From contig CAVIJJ010000002.1 of NCBI GenBank assembly GCA_963643205.1, forward strand, positions 1,256 to 65,255: a stretch of 64,000 nucleotides of DNA, written 5' to 3'. The notes under the pieces are model-generated. The model was not told the origin of the DNA. It saw only the letters and a list, made by a program, of their open reading frames with translations, and did no database searches. The position numbers and the translations under genes were made by a program. Positions 45,110 to 55,676 of this stretch are shown here, one piece after another (positions within the stretch are counted from its first letter, which is position 1; each line of letters begins with the position of its first letter). The stretch is from a bacterium. Lineage in GTDB: Bacteria > Bacillota > Clostridia > Christensenellales > CAG-138.

Positions 45110-46423
45110 ATGGAAAACATAAAAGATCCTGTAATGAATAAGCTTAGCTGCGCGGAACCCGTGCTGTGGCTCAATCCCGGACTTTGCGAAACAAAGACCG
45201 CGCTCAGCAAGCTTGACATAAGCGAAAAGGATACCCAGGACGCTGAGGCGAGGCTTAAGCGTTTCGCGCCTTACATAATGCGCGCGTTCCCGGAAACGGA
45301 GGGCGCGAAGGGCCTTATAGAATCCCCGCTTACGGAAATACCCGAAATGCTTAATAGACTTAAAAACGAATACGGCGCACCCGTTGAAGGAAGGCTTTAT
45401 CTTAAAAGGGATTGCGATCTGCCCATATCCGGCTCCATAAAGGCGCGCGGCGGCATATACGAGGTGCTTAAGCACGCGGAAACGCTTGCCATGCAGGCGG
45501 GTCTTCTTAAGGAAAGCGACGATTACTCAAAACTTGCCGATGAAAGCTTCAAAAAGTTTTTCTCTCAGTATTCTCTGCAGGTGGCGTCAACGGGCAATCT
45601 TGGCCTGTCGATAGGCGTTATGAGCGCGGCGCTCGGTTTCCGCACAACCGTGCACATGAGCGCGGACGCGCGTGAGTGGAAAAAGGCTCTTCTGCGCCAG
45701 AAGGGCGTTACCGTTATAGAATACCCCAGCGATTACTCGGCCGCCGTTGAACAGGGGCGCAAGGCGAGCGAGGCGGACCCGATGAGCTACTTTGTGGATG
45801 ATGAAAACTCAAAGGATCTTTTTATGGGTTATAGTGTCGCGGCGGGCAGGCTGAAAGCCCAGCTTGACGCGCAGGGCATAGCCGTTGATGCGGAGCATCC
45901 GTTGTTTGTGTATTTGCCCTGCGGTGTTGGCGGAGGACCCGGCGGCGTAACATTCGGGCTTAAGAACATATTCGGCGACAACGCGCATGTGTTCTTCGTC
46001 GAGCCTACTCAGGCACCCTGCATGCTGCTCGGCATGGCTAGCGGGCTGGATAATAAAATTTGTGTGCAGGATATAGGCCTCACCGGCAAAACCGAGGCGG
46101 ATGGTCTTGCCGTGGGTCGCGCGAGCGGCTTTGTGGGCAAGGTTATGCGCGGCATTTTAAGCGGCGAAGCAACCGTTGAGGACGGCAAGCTTTTTGACTA
46201 TATGCGTTCCCTTATCCAAAGCGAAAACCTTTTCGCGGAGCCTTCGGCCTGCGCCGCTTTTGCCGGCCCTGTCGCCCTTTACAAGTTTAAGGAAGGCCGT
46301 GAGTACATCCATGCTCATGGGCTTGAAAGCCGCATGAAAAACGCCGTTCATATCGCCTGGGCCACCGGCGGCAGCCTTGTGCCCGAATATGAGCGCGAAA
46401 AATACAAAGCAAAGCATATATGA
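45110..46423 (+). CDS. dsdA: D-serine ammonia-lyase
   Basis: 437 aa with PLP-lysine motif SGSIKARGG. It is DsdA-like throughout. Confidence 0.85.
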   Translation: MENIKDPVMNKLSCAEPVLWLNPGLCETKTALSKLDISEKDTQDAEARLKRFAPYIMRAFPETEGAKGLIESPLTEIPEMLNRLKNEYGAPVEGRLYLKRDCDLPISGSIKARGGIYEVLKHAETLAMQAGLLKESDDYSKLADESFKKFFSQYSLQVASTGNLGLSIGVMSAALGFRTTVHMSADAREWKKALLRQKGVTVIEYPSDYSAAVEQGRKASEADPMSYFVDDENSKDLFMGYSVAAGRLKAQLDAQGIAVDAEHPLFVYLPCGVGGGPGGVTFGLKNIFGDNAHVFFVEPTQAPCMLLGMASGLDNKICVQDIGLTGKTEADGLAVGRASGFVGKVMRGILSGEATVEDGKLFDYMRSLIQSENLFAEPSACAAFAGPVALYKFKEGREYIHAHGLESRMKNAVHIAWATGGSLVPEYEREKYKAKHI

Positions 46424-47208
46424 TAGGCTTTAATAGCGAAAGCATACTTTGCCGCTGCCCGGATGATATAGCTGAAAGGCTTGATATAAGGATATTCGCT
46501 GAGCTTGACTCAACCAATACCTATCTTAAAAAGCTTGCCCGCGAAGGGGCCGAAGAAGGCACGGTTATAATAGCCGAGCGCCAGACGGCGGGCCGCGGCA
46601 GGCTTGGCAGAAGCTTTTATTCCGATGCTAACGGGCTTTATATGAGCGCGCTCTTAAGGCCTCGCGTTGCCGCGGAAAACGCCGTGCATATCACGGCTAT
46701 GGCGGCAGTTGCCATGGCAAAAGCCGTTGAACGCGTGGCGAACAAGCAAGCCCAAATAAAGTGGGTTAACGATATTTTTGTAAACGACAAAAAGGTTTGC
46801 GGCATACTGTGCGAAAGCGCTTTTGATGAAAACGCTGTAACCGAATATGTTGTAATAGGCGCGGGCGTGAACATAACGGAACCCAAGGGAGGATTCCCGG
46901 AGGATATACGCGGCGTTGCCGGCGCGCTTTTCCCGCAAGGCGAAACGAGGGAATACAGATCCGCCATGGCGGCGGCCTTTTTGGAAGAGCTTTTCAAAGG
47001 ATACGAAGGACTTAATGAAAGGCGTTTCCTTGCCGAATACAGGCGGCGCAGCCTGGTTACGGGCAGGCGCGTTGCCGTAATCGCTCCGAGCGGCACCCGA
47101 GAGGGTACAGCGGTTGCGATAGACGATGATTGCCGCCTTGTGGTCAGCTTTGACGGCGGCGAAACCGAGCATATATCAACCGGAGAGGTAAGCGTAAGGC
47201 TCAGATAG
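46420..47208 (+). CDS. birA: Biotin--[acetyl-CoA-carboxylase] ligase (no N-terminal HTH)
   Basis: QTAGRGRLGRSFYS biotin-binding motif and KWVNDI. The 262-aa length indicates a class I BPL. Confidence 0.8.
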   Translation: MIGFNSESILCRCPDDIAERLDIRIFAELDSTNTYLKKLAREGAEEGTVIIAERQTAGRGRLGRSFYSDANGLYMSALLRPRVAAENAVHITAMAAVAMAKAVERVANKQAQIKWVNDIFVNDKKVCGILCESAFDENAVTEYVVIGAGVNITEPKGGFPEDIRGVAGALFPQGETREYRSAMAAAFLEELFKGYEGLNERRFLAEYRRRSLVTGRRVAVIAPSGTREGTAVAIDDDCRLVVSFDGGETEHISTGEVSVRLR

Positions 47209-47229
47209 AGTACGAAAGGAAGAAGAAAC

Positions 47230-47994
47230 ATGCGCGTATCCGAATTTGTGGAAAAGATGCAGGCGATAGCTCCAAACGAGCTTAAGATGGATTATGACAA
47301 TGTGGGCCTGCTCATAGGGCCTGAAAAGCAGGAAATAAAGCGTGTGCTTGTGGCGCTCGATTGCTCTACCATAACTGCCCGCGAGGCGATAGAGTGGGGC
47401 GCCGACCTTATGCTTACGCATCATCCCGTGTTCTTTAGGGGAACGAAGCGCATATCACCGGACGATCCGGCGACTGCCGGCGCTTATATGCTTATACGGC
47501 ACGGGATAGGCCTTTTTGCAGCCCATACAAATCTTGACGCGGCAAACGGCGGCGTAAACGACGCGCTTGCGGAAACCCTTGGCGTGAAAAACGCCGTACC
47601 TATGGGAGAAGACGGTTTAGGCAGAATAGGCACGCTTGAAAATCCGGTGAAGTTCGGTGATTTCGCCAAAATGGTTGGGGAAAGGCTTAATACCGCCGTT
47701 CGCGTAACCGGGGACGGGGAGAAAATTATATCAAAGGTTGCTCTTATAGGCGGCGCTGCGGGTGAATACGCGGACGTGGCGCGCGATGCCGGGGCGGATG
47801 TTTTCGTAACAGGCGAATGCAGGCATCATGAGGCTCTTTATGCGCGGGAAATGGGGCTTTGCCTTATAGATGCCGGGCATTACGAAACGGAGAAAACCGT
47901 ATTGGGCGCGCTTATAAATCGTTTACATTGCGCCGGGGATGATGTACAATATAAAGTGAGTGAGTGTGAATACGGCCCACTCAGAAAAATTTGA
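47230..47994 (+). CDS. Nif3-like dinuclear metal centre protein
   Basis: DNVGLLIG, THHP, HTNLD and GHYETE motifs. Confidence 0.85.
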   Translation: MRVSEFVEKMQAIAPNELKMDYDNVGLLIGPEKQEIKRVLVALDCSTITAREAIEWGADLMLTHHPVFFRGTKRISPDDPATAGAYMLIRHGIGLFAAHTNLDAANGGVNDALAETLGVKNAVPMGEDGLGRIGTLENPVKFGDFAKMVGERLNTAVRVTGDGEKIISKVALIGGAAGEYADVARDAGADVFVTGECRHHEALYAREMGLCLIDAGHYETEKTVLGALINRLHCAGDDVQYKVSECEYGPLRKI

Positions 47995-48055
47995 TTTGCA
48001 CGGAGGATGTTTATAAGACCTTTTGCGTGAATTATAGATTTTGGAGGTACGAAGC

Positions 48056-48769
48056 ATGAACAAACTGGATGCTCTTTGGCAGTACCAGCAGGCGGAGCTG
48101 GAAGCCGGAAAAATCGAGAACAGGCTTAAATCAACGCCCGCAAGGCAAAAGCTGAATAAGCTGTTCGCGTTCCTTAAGGAGCAGCAGAACGCAATAGCCG
48201 GAATACAGAAGATGTTGGAAGGCCGTCAGCAGACCATTGATAAGCTTCAGGCACAGGTTGATGAGCTGGAGCATAAGTATGAGCTTGAGGTTGGCGAGTT
48301 CAAAATAATGCTGGAAGACGATGAATGCACGGCAGAGGAAATGACCGAATCCCGCAGAAACGTTGAGGGCATAATGAAAAAGGCCGAGAACGCGCGGAAA
48401 GAGCTTTTCGATGCCATAACCCAAATAGAAAAGTCCGCTGCCGAATATAAAGATACTTATGCCAAAGCGGCAAAGGCAAAGAAGGAATACGACGCGGCAA
48501 AGGCTGAATGCGAACAGGAAGCCGCGGACGCGAAGCCGGAGCTTGACAAGGCAAAGGCCGCCGCTGATGAGGCGGCGAAGGCGGTTGACGCGGAACTTCT
48601 CAGCAGGTATAAGCGCATAAAGGGGCGCTACGCAATGCCCATGGCAAAGGTTGAAAACAACCAGTGCTCCGGCTGCAATATGTCCCTTCCCACAAGCACC
48701 GTTAAGCGGGTGGCCTCGGGCGAGGGCATTGTGGAATGCGAAAACTGCGGCAGAATACTTTACGCGTAG
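48056..48769 (+). CDS. Coiled-coil zinc-ribbon protein (DUF164/COG1579)
   Basis: A long coiled coil ends in CSGCNMSLP...CENCGRILY. It is the usual partner downstream of Nif3. The start is at ATG 48056, after GGAGG. Confidence 0.75.
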   Translation: MNKLDALWQYQQAELEAGKIENRLKSTPARQKLNKLFAFLKEQQNAIAGIQKMLEGRQQTIDKLQAQVDELEHKYELEVGEFKIMLEDDECTAEEMTESRRNVEGIMKKAENARKELFDAITQIEKSAAEYKDTYAKAAKAKKEYDAAKAECEQEAADAKPELDKAKAAADEAAKAVDAELLSRYKRIKGRYAMPMAKVENNQCSGCNMSLPTSTVKRVASGEGIVECENCGRILYA

Positions 48770-48787
48770 AAAAGATAATAAAGTTTT

Positions 48788-49157
48788 GAGTAAGCCATGC
48801 GGTCGCGTGCGGAATCCAATGGATCATCCGCATGAGGAAAGTCCGGGCTCCGCAGGGCAGGGTGCCGGATAACGTCCGGCGGGGGCGACCCCAGGGATAG
48901 TGCAACAGAGATATACCGCCGCTTTAAGCGGTAAGGATGGAAAGGCGAGGTAAGAGCTCACCGGCGGGGCGGGTAACCGTTTCGTCCTGTAAACCCCACC
49001 CGGTGCAAGATTGGAATGGGAGCGCGTGCGCTTTTGCGCAGAAATGGCTGCCCGTCATGCTCCTGATAATCGCGCGAGTGCGGCGGCAACGCCGTGCCAA
49101 GATAGATGGCCGCACGCCGGTTTTACCGGCCGACAGAACCCGGCTTATTGCTTGCTC
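48788..49157 (+). ncRNA. rnpB: RNase P RNA, class A
   Basis: The P4 halves are GAGGAAAGUCCGGGCUCC and ACAGAACCCGGCUUA. GGGCAGGGUGCCGGAUAACGUCCGG is class-A-like. P1 pairs GAGUAAGC with GCUUGCUC. ORF-track entries inside the RNA are spurious. Confidence 0.85.
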
Positions 49158-49169
49158 ATATTTATTTAC

Positions 49170-49198
49170 GGGAATCGCTTCGGCGGTTCCCTTTTTTG
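49170..49198 (+). terminator. Rho-independent terminator of rnpB
   Basis: GGGAATCGC-ttcg-GCGGTTCCC followed by TTTTTT. Confidence 0.8.
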
Positions 49199-49327
49199 TG
49201 CTGCTTTATGGCGGCGGTTATATCGGGATAAACAAAATGTATTTTACTTGCCTTGAATGTGTGATATTATATTACGCGGAGCGCGAAAAACGCTCGCAAT
49301 TAACTGAGGAAAAGGGCTGCATCTGAA

Positions 49328-49864
49328 ATGAAGAATGAAAAGCTTTATAAAATAATCGTTTCGGCGATGATGGCCGCGCTTGCCTGCGTTGCCACCATGA
49401 TAATACGTATCCCTTCGCCTATGCAGGGGTATGTCAATCTGGGGGATGCGGTTGTGCTTATGTGCGGCTGGATACTTGGCCCGGTTTACGGAGTTGCCGC
49501 GGCCGGCATAGGCAGCATGCTGGCGGATATATTGGCCGCGTATCCGCAATACGCCCCGGGAACGCTTATAATAAAGGCTGTTGTCGCGCTTATAGCGTAT
49601 GCGCTGTTTAAGCTTTTAAGGCGCAAAAAGCGGCAAGGCACGGGCCGGCTTATACTGGCGCTTGCGATAAGCGGCGTGGCCGCGGAAATTGTTATGACAC
49701 TGCTTTATTTTGTATACGCCGCGCTGCTTCTGGGCAGCGGCTGGGGCGCCGCGGCAAGCATACCGGGCAACCTTGCGCAGGGCCTTGTGGGCATAATTGT
49801 GGGCTCGGCGCTCTATGTGCTTATAAGCAAAAGCAAGGCGCTGCCGCATCTGTTTGACGAGTGA
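49328..49864 (+). CDS. ECF transporter S component (substrate unknown)
   Basis: 178 aa with about 6 TM helices and the sequence style of ECF S units (YVNLGDAVVLMCGWILGPVYGVAAAGIGSMLADIL). Confidence 0.65.
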   Translation: MKNEKLYKIIVSAMMAALACVATMIIRIPSPMQGYVNLGDAVVLMCGWILGPVYGVAAAGIGSMLADILAAYPQYAPGTLIIKAVVALIAYALFKLLRRKKRQGTGRLILALAISGVAAEIVMTLLYFVYAALLLGSGWGAAASIPGNLAQGLVGIIVGSALYVLISKSKALPHLFDE

Positions 49865-49916
49865 AAAAGAGTAATCAAAAGGAGCCTGCGAGAGGCTCCT
49901 TTTTTAGTGCTGTTTA

Positions 49917-51018
49917 TCAGGATTTTGCGAGGTAGGAATTTATAAAGTTCTCTATATCTCCGTCCATAACGGCCTGAATGTTGCCGTTTTCCTCGCCGGT
50001 GCGGTGGTCCTTAACAAGCGTGTAGGGCTGGAATACGTAGGAACGGATCTGGCTGCCCCATTCTATGCGCTTCATTTCGCCCTTTATTTCGCTCATCTGT
50101 GCCATGCGCTCCTGCTCGGCCAGTTCCATCAGCTTGCCCTTCAGTATGCGCATTGCCATTTCCTTATTCTGCAGCTGGCTGCGCTCGTTCTGGCACTGAA
50201 CGACTATTCCCGTGGGAATATGGGTTATGCGGATAGCGGAGCTGACCTTGTTAACGTTCTGTCCGCCAGCGCCGCCGGAACGGTATGTATCTATGCGCAG
50301 GTCGTCCATATCTATTTCAACGTCGTTCGTATCGTCGTCAAATATAGGCGTAACGTCAAGGGAAGCAAAGCTTGTGTGCCTTCTGCCAGAGGAATCAAAC
50401 GGGGAAATTCTTACCAGGCGGTGAACGCCCTTTTCGGCCTTAAGATAGCCGTAGGCATTGTCGCCGTCCACTTCGAAAGTAACGCTCTTTATGCCGGCTT
50501 CTTCGCCGTCAAGATAGTCTATTACCTTAACGCTGTAGCCCTTCTTTTCGCAGTAGCGGGTATACATGCGGTAAAGCAGGCTTACCCAGTCCTGCGCCTC
50601 GGTTCCGCCGGCACCCGCGTGCAGGCTCAATACGGCATTGTAGCTGTCGTACGGTCCCTTAAGCAGGGCTTCAAGCTTAAGAGCCTCTATGTCTTTTTCA
50701 AGCGATGCAAACTCGCTTTGCACCTCCGGCACAAGGCTTTCGTCGTTTTCCTCGTCCGCCATGTCCATCAGCACCTCAAGGTCCTCGCAGCGGCTCATAA
50801 GACGATTATACTTATCAAGCTTAGCGCTTATGCCCTTCATGCGGCGGTTTACCTTGTTAGCGTTTTCAACGTCGTTCCAGAAGCCTTCTTTGCCCATTTC
50901 GGCCTCCAGCTCGGCTTTTTCCTTGCTTAATGAAGCAAGGTCAAAGAGAGCCACCTGCCTCTTTCAGCGTTTCAACCGCCGCGGCAAGCTGCTGCCGGGT
51001 TTCATCCAGTTGGATCAC
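49917..51018 (-). CDS. prfB: Peptide chain release factor 2, requires programmed +1 frameshift
   Basis: ORF0 runs from GTG 51018 and reads VIQLDETRQQLAAAVETLKEAGGSL, followed by an in-frame TGA. The +1 frame continues DLASLSKEKAELE... into the 345-aa ORF. That ORF contains SPF and GGQ (RSGGAGGQNVNK). Confidence 0.85.
50940..50959 (-). other. RF2 +1 frameshift site CTT TGA C with upstream SD-like AGGTGG
   Basis: The minus strand reads gag gca GGT GGc tct CTT TGA Cct. This is the same architecture as the E. coli prfB recoding site. Confidence 0.8.
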
Positions 51019-51065
51019 TGCTAATCACATCCTTCTTTTTGTGTTTTTATATTTACCGCGAAAAA

Positions 51066-53795
51066 TCAGTTTCTTCCGCAGCAATTTTTGTATTTCAGTC
51101 CGCTGCCGCAGGGGCAGGGATCGTTGCGGCCGGGCTTTTTGTCCGTGCGCTTGGGCTGGGGCTTGCTGTCGCCGGAAACCTCAACGGGTTTGGCAAGCTG
51201 CTCGCGCTGCTGCGGGGCAAGGCGAACCGTAACGTGGAACAGGTTCCTTACGGTTTGCTCGCGTATGCCAAGCACCATTTCGTCAAACATATCAAAGCCC
51301 ATGTTGCGGTAGGCAACAACCGGGTCCTTCTGGCCCAATGCCTGCAGGCCTATGCCCTGCCTAAGCTGATCCATAGCGTCTATATGGTCCATCCAGTGCG
51401 AATCAACGGCCTTAAGCAGTACCACGCGCTCAACCTCGCGCATGTCTATGCCGGCGCCGGATATTTCGGCTTCCTTCTTGGCGTAAAGCGCGTCCACAAG
51501 CCCGGTTGTTTTCTCCTCAAGCTCTTTGCGCGATGTTATGCCGTGCAGCTGGCCGGTAAAGTCCGCCCCAAGCAGCTGACTGAGCTCGCTGTAAAGCGCC
51601 ATCATGTCCCAATCGCCGCTTGAAACGCTCGCGCTTGCGCACTGGTCAAGCTTTGCGGTAATGCTTTCGTTCACCATTTCCATTATGGAATCGTGAATAT
51701 CCTCGCCCATAAGCACGCGGCGGCGCTGAGAATAGATTATCTCGCGCATCTTGTTCATAACGTCGTCGTACTGAAGAACGTTCTTCCTTATTTCAAAGTT
51801 ATGCGTCTCAACGCGTTTCTGCGCGCTTTCAATCTGCTTTGAAAGCAGCTTCATATCCAGGGGCATATCATCCTCGGGGGATATGCGCTGCATCATAAGC
51901 TTTATACGCTCGCCGCCGAAGCGCTGCATAAGCTCATCCTCAAGCGAAACATAGAAGCGCGTGGAGCCGGGGTCTCCCTGGCGGCCGGCGCGTCCGCGAA
52001 GCTGATTGTCTATGCGGCGGGACTCATGCCTTTCCGTACCTATAATGTGAAGACCGCCAACGGCCACAACGGCATCGTGCTGCTTGTCGGTATCCTTCTT
52101 AATCCTGTTGTAAGCCTCGTTATACTCGGCGCGGGCTTCGATTATGCTGTCGTCGTCCGTTTCCTCGTGCCCGGTCGCGGCCTCGATAAGCAGTTCGTCC
52201 ATGCCGTTTTGCCTAAGCTCACGCTTGGCCAAAAATTCCGGGTTGCCGCCAAGCAGTATGTCCGTGCCTCGGCCGGCCATGTTGGTGGCTATCGTAACGC
52301 AGCCGAGACTGCCCGCCTGGGCGACTATCTCCGCTTCTTTGGCGTGCAGCTTGGCGTTCAGCACCTGGTGCTTTATGCCGCGGCGGGTAAGCATGTCGCT
52401 TAGCATTTCGCTCTTCTCAACCGATATGGTGCCCACAAGTATGGGCTGACCCGTGGCGTGAACCTTAACTATTTCGTCAACAACCGCGTTGAACTTGCCG
52501 CGCTCGGTGCCGTATATAACGTCGTTATTGTCAACGCGCATAAGCGGCTTGTTCGTGGGTATTTCCATAACGTCCAATGAATATATGGACTGGAATTCCG
52601 CCTCTTCGGTTTTGGCCGTACCGGTCATACCGGCAAGCTTATGATACATTCTGAAGTAGTTCTGGAACGTAATGGTCGCAAGCGTTTTGTTTTCCCGCTC
52701 TACCTTAACGTGCTCCTTTGCCTCGAGCGCCTGATGCAGGCCGTCGCTGTATCGCCTGCCTATCATAAGGCGGCCGGTAAACTCGTCAACTATAAGCACC
52801 TGGCCGTTCTGCACAACATAGTCCTTATCCCTTGTGAAGAGGGCGTGCGCTTTAAGGGCCTGTATAATATGGTGGTTTATTTCGGTATTTGCGGCATCGG
52901 ATATATCGTCTATGCCGAAGAACGCTTCCGCCTTGCGCTGACCCTGCTGGGTAAGGGCAACGGTGCGCGCCTTTATGTCGCACATATAGTCGCCGCTTTC
53001 CTGCTGAGTTTCGCCCAGTATGGTATCCGCCTTGGAAAGCTTTTCAACGTTTTCGCCGCGAACAAGCCTGGTTACAAAGCGATCCGCCTTGGCGTACATA
53101 TCGGTGGACTTTTCGCCGGTGCCGGATATGATAAGCGGTGTACGCGCCTCGTCGATAAGTATTGAGTCAACCTCGTCAACTATGGCGTAGTTAAGCTCGC
53201 GCTGCACCATCTGCTCGCGGTAAACCACCATGTTGTCCCTAAGGTAGTCAAAGCCGAACTCGTTATTCGTGCCGTATGTAATATCACAATTATAGGCCTT
53301 GCGGCGCTCGTCGTTTGAAAGCTCGTGCACAACGCAGCCAACGCTCAGCCCAAGGAAACGGTAAATTTTGCCCATCCATGCGGCGTCGCGCTTGGCAAGG
53401 TAATCGTTTACGGTAACTATATGCACGCCGTGCCCGCTTAACGCGTTAAGGTATGCCGGCAGGGTTTCCGTAATGGTTTTGCCTTCGCCCGTTTTCATTT
53501 CGGCAATGTTGCCGCGGTGCAGCACTATGCCGCCGTACAGCTGAACATCGAAATGGCGCTGGCCTATCGTGCGCGTGGCCGCTTCCCTTACAACGGCAAA
53601 AGCCTCGGGCAGTATATCGTCTTCCTTTTCGCCGTTTGCCAGGCGGGATTTGAATTCGTCCGTTTTCGCGCGCAGCTCCGCATCGCTCAGCGCGTGCATA
53701 TCACTCTCAAGGTCGTTTATTCTTTTTACCAATGGCGCAAGCTTTTTCAGCTTGGCCTCGCTGGTGTTGCCCAGCAGTTTATCCATAAAACCCAT
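51066..53795 (-). CDS. secA: Preprotein translocase ATPase SecA
   Basis: MGFMDKLLG..., DEAD-like motor motifs ([28 protein letters not shown]) and a C-terminal zinc motif [14 protein letters not shown]. The start is at ATG 53795, after AGAAAGG. Confidence 0.95.
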   Translation of the reverse strand: MGFMDKLLGNTSEAKLKKLAPLVKRINDLESDMHALSDAELRAKTDEFKSRLANGEKEDDILPEAFAVVREAATRTIGQRHFDVQLYGGIVLHRGNIAEMKTGEGKTITETLPAYLNALSGHGVHIVTVNDYLAKRDAAWMGKIYRFLGLSVGCVVHELSNDERRKAYNCDITYGTNNEFGFDYLRDNMVVYREQMVQRELNYAIVDEVDSILIDEARTPLIISGTGEKSTDMYAKADRFVTRLVRGENVEKLSKADTILGETQQESGDYMCDIKARTVALTQQGQRKAEAFFGIDDISDAANTEINHHIIQALKAHALFTRDKDYVVQNGQVLIVDEFTGRLMIGRRYSDGLHQALEAKEHVKVERENKTLATITFQNYFRMYHKLAGMTGTAKTEEAEFQSIYSLDVMEIPTNKPLMRVDNNDVIYGTERGKFNAVVDEIVKVHATGQPILVGTISVEKSEMLSDMLTRRGIKHQVLNAKLHAKEAEIVAQAGSLGCVTIATNMAGRGTDILLGGNPEFLAKRELRQNGMDELLIEAATGHEETDDDSIIEARAEYNEAYNRIKKDTDKQHDAVVAVGGLHIIGTERHESRRIDNQLRGRAGRQGDPGSTRFYVSLEDELMQRFGGERIKLMMQRISPEDDMPLDMKLLSKQIESAQKRVETHNFEIRKNVLQYDDVMNKMREIIYSQRRRVLMGEDIHDSIMEMVNESITAKLDQCASASVSSGDWDMMALYSELSQLLGADFTGQLHGITSRKELEEKTTGLVDALYAKKEAEISGAGIDMREVERVVLLKAVDSHWMDHIDAMDQLRQGIGLQALGQKDPVVAYRNMGFDMFDEMVLGIREQTVRNLFHVTVRLAPQQREQLAKPVEVSGDSKPQPKRTDKKPGRNDPCPCGSGLKYKNCCGRN

Positions 53796-53936
53796 GGTTG
53801 TCGCCTTTCTTGCGTAATCCATATTATTGTAGCATGAAACAAGGCCTTTTGGCAATCAACCGGCCCTATATTGACAAATTTAACAACATTTACACAAATG
53901 CGGTAAACACGCCCTTTTTTATGCTATACTGTAATC

Positions 53937-54878
53937 ATGAAGAAGATTGCATCAAAAAATGAAATGCTCGGCATGCTTTCAACGCTTGCCGCCAGCCTGC
54001 TTTTCGGTTTCAGCTTCCTTTTCACCAAGGGAGCGGTGGACCGTGTTTCCGCGTTTACGCTTTTAAGCTGGCGCTTTGTTACGGCGCTTGCTGTTATGAG
54101 TGTATTGGCCCTTTGCGGCGTGATGAAGCTTAATTTTAAGGGCAAGCGGTTCGGCGCCGTGCTTGCCATGGCCGTGTTTCAGCCCATTGTTTATTTTATA
54201 GGCGAAAGCGTGGGCATGAAGCTTACAACCGCAAGCGAAAGCGGCACAATAATCGCCGTAATTCCCATATTCGTGCTTATATTCAGCGCCGTTGTGCTAA
54301 AGGAAAAACCTACCAGGCTGCAGGTAATAGGCATTGTGCTGAGCATAGCGGGCGTAATATGCATAGCCCTCGTAAAGGGCTTTACCGCCTCCCTTAATCC
54401 GCTTGGATATGCCATGCTTTTCGTTGCCGTTATAGGAGACGTTGGCTACGCGATAGCCGCGCGTAAGGCGGAGGAATTCTCAAGCTTTGAGAAAACCTAC
54501 ATAATGGCCGTTGTCGGCGCGGTTGTGTTTACGCTGTGCGCCCTAATTGAGCATATAAAAAGCGGCACGCTTACTGAATACATAACGCTGCCATTTAACG
54601 ATTCTCAGTTCCTTATAGCCGTATTGTATCTGGCGCTCGGCTGCCAGGTGGCCGCGTTTATGATGCATACATACGGCATTTCGCAAATAGGCGCTAACCG
54701 CTCAAGCTCATTTTCCGGCATTACAACGCTTACAAGCGTAATTTCCGGTGTGCTTATACTGGGCGATCCTTTCAGCCTGCTTCAGGGCATAGCCACGGCG
54801 CTTATATTGATAGGCACTACCATGGCAAATACAACCTCAAATGAGGCGGAATTGCCAAAGGCGGAGGATACGAAATGA
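53937..54878 (+). CDS. DMT superfamily (EamA) transporter
   Basis: 313 aa with 10 predicted TM helices in two EamA-like halves. Confidence 0.8.
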   Translation: MKKIASKNEMLGMLSTLAASLLFGFSFLFTKGAVDRVSAFTLLSWRFVTALAVMSVLALCGVMKLNFKGKRFGAVLAMAVFQPIVYFIGESVGMKLTTASESGTIIAVIPIFVLIFSAVVLKEKPTRLQVIGIVLSIAGVICIALVKGFTASLNPLGYAMLFVAVIGDVGYAIAARKAEEFSSFEKTYIMAVVGAVVFTLCALIEHIKSGTLTEYITLPFNDSQFLIAVLYLALGCQVAAFMMHTYGISQIGANRSSSFSGITTLTSVISGVLILGDPFSLLQGIATALILIGTTMANTTSNEAELPKAEDTK

Positions 54879-55630
54879 AGGCACTCAGAATTGCCATGAT
54901 CGTAGTAGGCATACTCGGCATAGCCGATACGGCCGTTTTCTCAATATGGTCAAACCTTAATTTGGGCATAATGCTGCCAATGATACTCGGAGCGCCTCTT
55001 CTTATAGCGGGCATATTCTTTGAGCGCTTGAAAGTGCTGACGGAAAATATACATTGGCTAAGATATGCTTTTTTCGGGGCTTACGCGGCGGCTTTCCTTT
55101 TTATGATAATTATCGGCGGCATGATATACACCTCAGCGCATGAGGAGCCGGAGGACGGGGCGGATGTGCTTATAGTCCTGGGCTGCGCGGTGCACGGAAA
55201 CAGGGTTTCGCTTACATTGAGCTACAGGCTGGACAGAGCCATAGAATATCTTAACGAAAACCCGAACACAATAGCCATAGTGTCCGGCGGCAAGGGGCAG
55301 GGCGAAAGCGTAAGCGAGGCCGAGGCCATGCGCAAATACATGGTGCAAAAGGGCATCGCGGCCGAGCGCGTAATAGAGGAGGATAAATCCGAAAGCACGG
55401 AGGAGAACTTTAAGTTTTCAAACGATATAATAAATTCCCTTTTTCCAAACGGCGCGAAAATAGCCTTTGTCACAACCAACTTCCATGTTCTTAGGGCAGA
55501 GCTTGTGGCGAAAAAGCAGGGCATAGAGGCGGATGGCTTCGGCGCGAAGGACGTTTGGTATACGGCCATGAATAATTATATGCGCGAATCAATCGCACTC
55601 GCGTATTATAAGCTGACGGGTAAAATATAA
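54875..55630 (+). CDS. YdcF/DUF218 family membrane protein (ElyC/SanA-like)
   Basis: N-terminal TM helices followed by the DUF218 core VLIVLGCAV...VSGGKGQGESVSEAEAM. Confidence 0.75.
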   Translation: MKALRIAMIVVGILGIADTAVFSIWSNLNLGIMLPMILGAPLLIAGIFFERLKVLTENIHWLRYAFFGAYAAAFLFMIIIGGMIYTSAHEEPEDGADVLIVLGCAVHGNRVSLTLSYRLDRAIEYLNENPNTIAIVSGGKGQGESVSEAEAMRKYMVQKGIAAERVIEEDKSESTEENFKFSNDIINSLFPNGAKIAFVTTNFHVLRAELVAKKQGIEADGFGAKDVWYTAMNNYMRESIALAYYKLTGKI

Positions 55631-55676
55631 AAATAAGGCGCGGGAAAAGTTCCTGCGCCTAAATCATTTTTGGATG

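Noticed and set aside
48937-49326. ORFs of 63-129 aa overlapping 48702-49326
   Set aside because: They fall inside or across the RNase P RNA (conserved P4 sequences present) and its terminator. They are not coding.
49255-49327. Possible preQ1-I-like riboswitch before the ECF S-component gene. It consists of a GAGCG-cgaaaaa-CGCUC hairpin and a tail AAUUAACUGAGG that resembles AAAAAACUAAGG.
   Set aside because: The loop is too short and lacks the conserved preQ1-I loop nucleotides. The resemblance is limited to the A-rich tail and SD. An Rfam scan would settle it.
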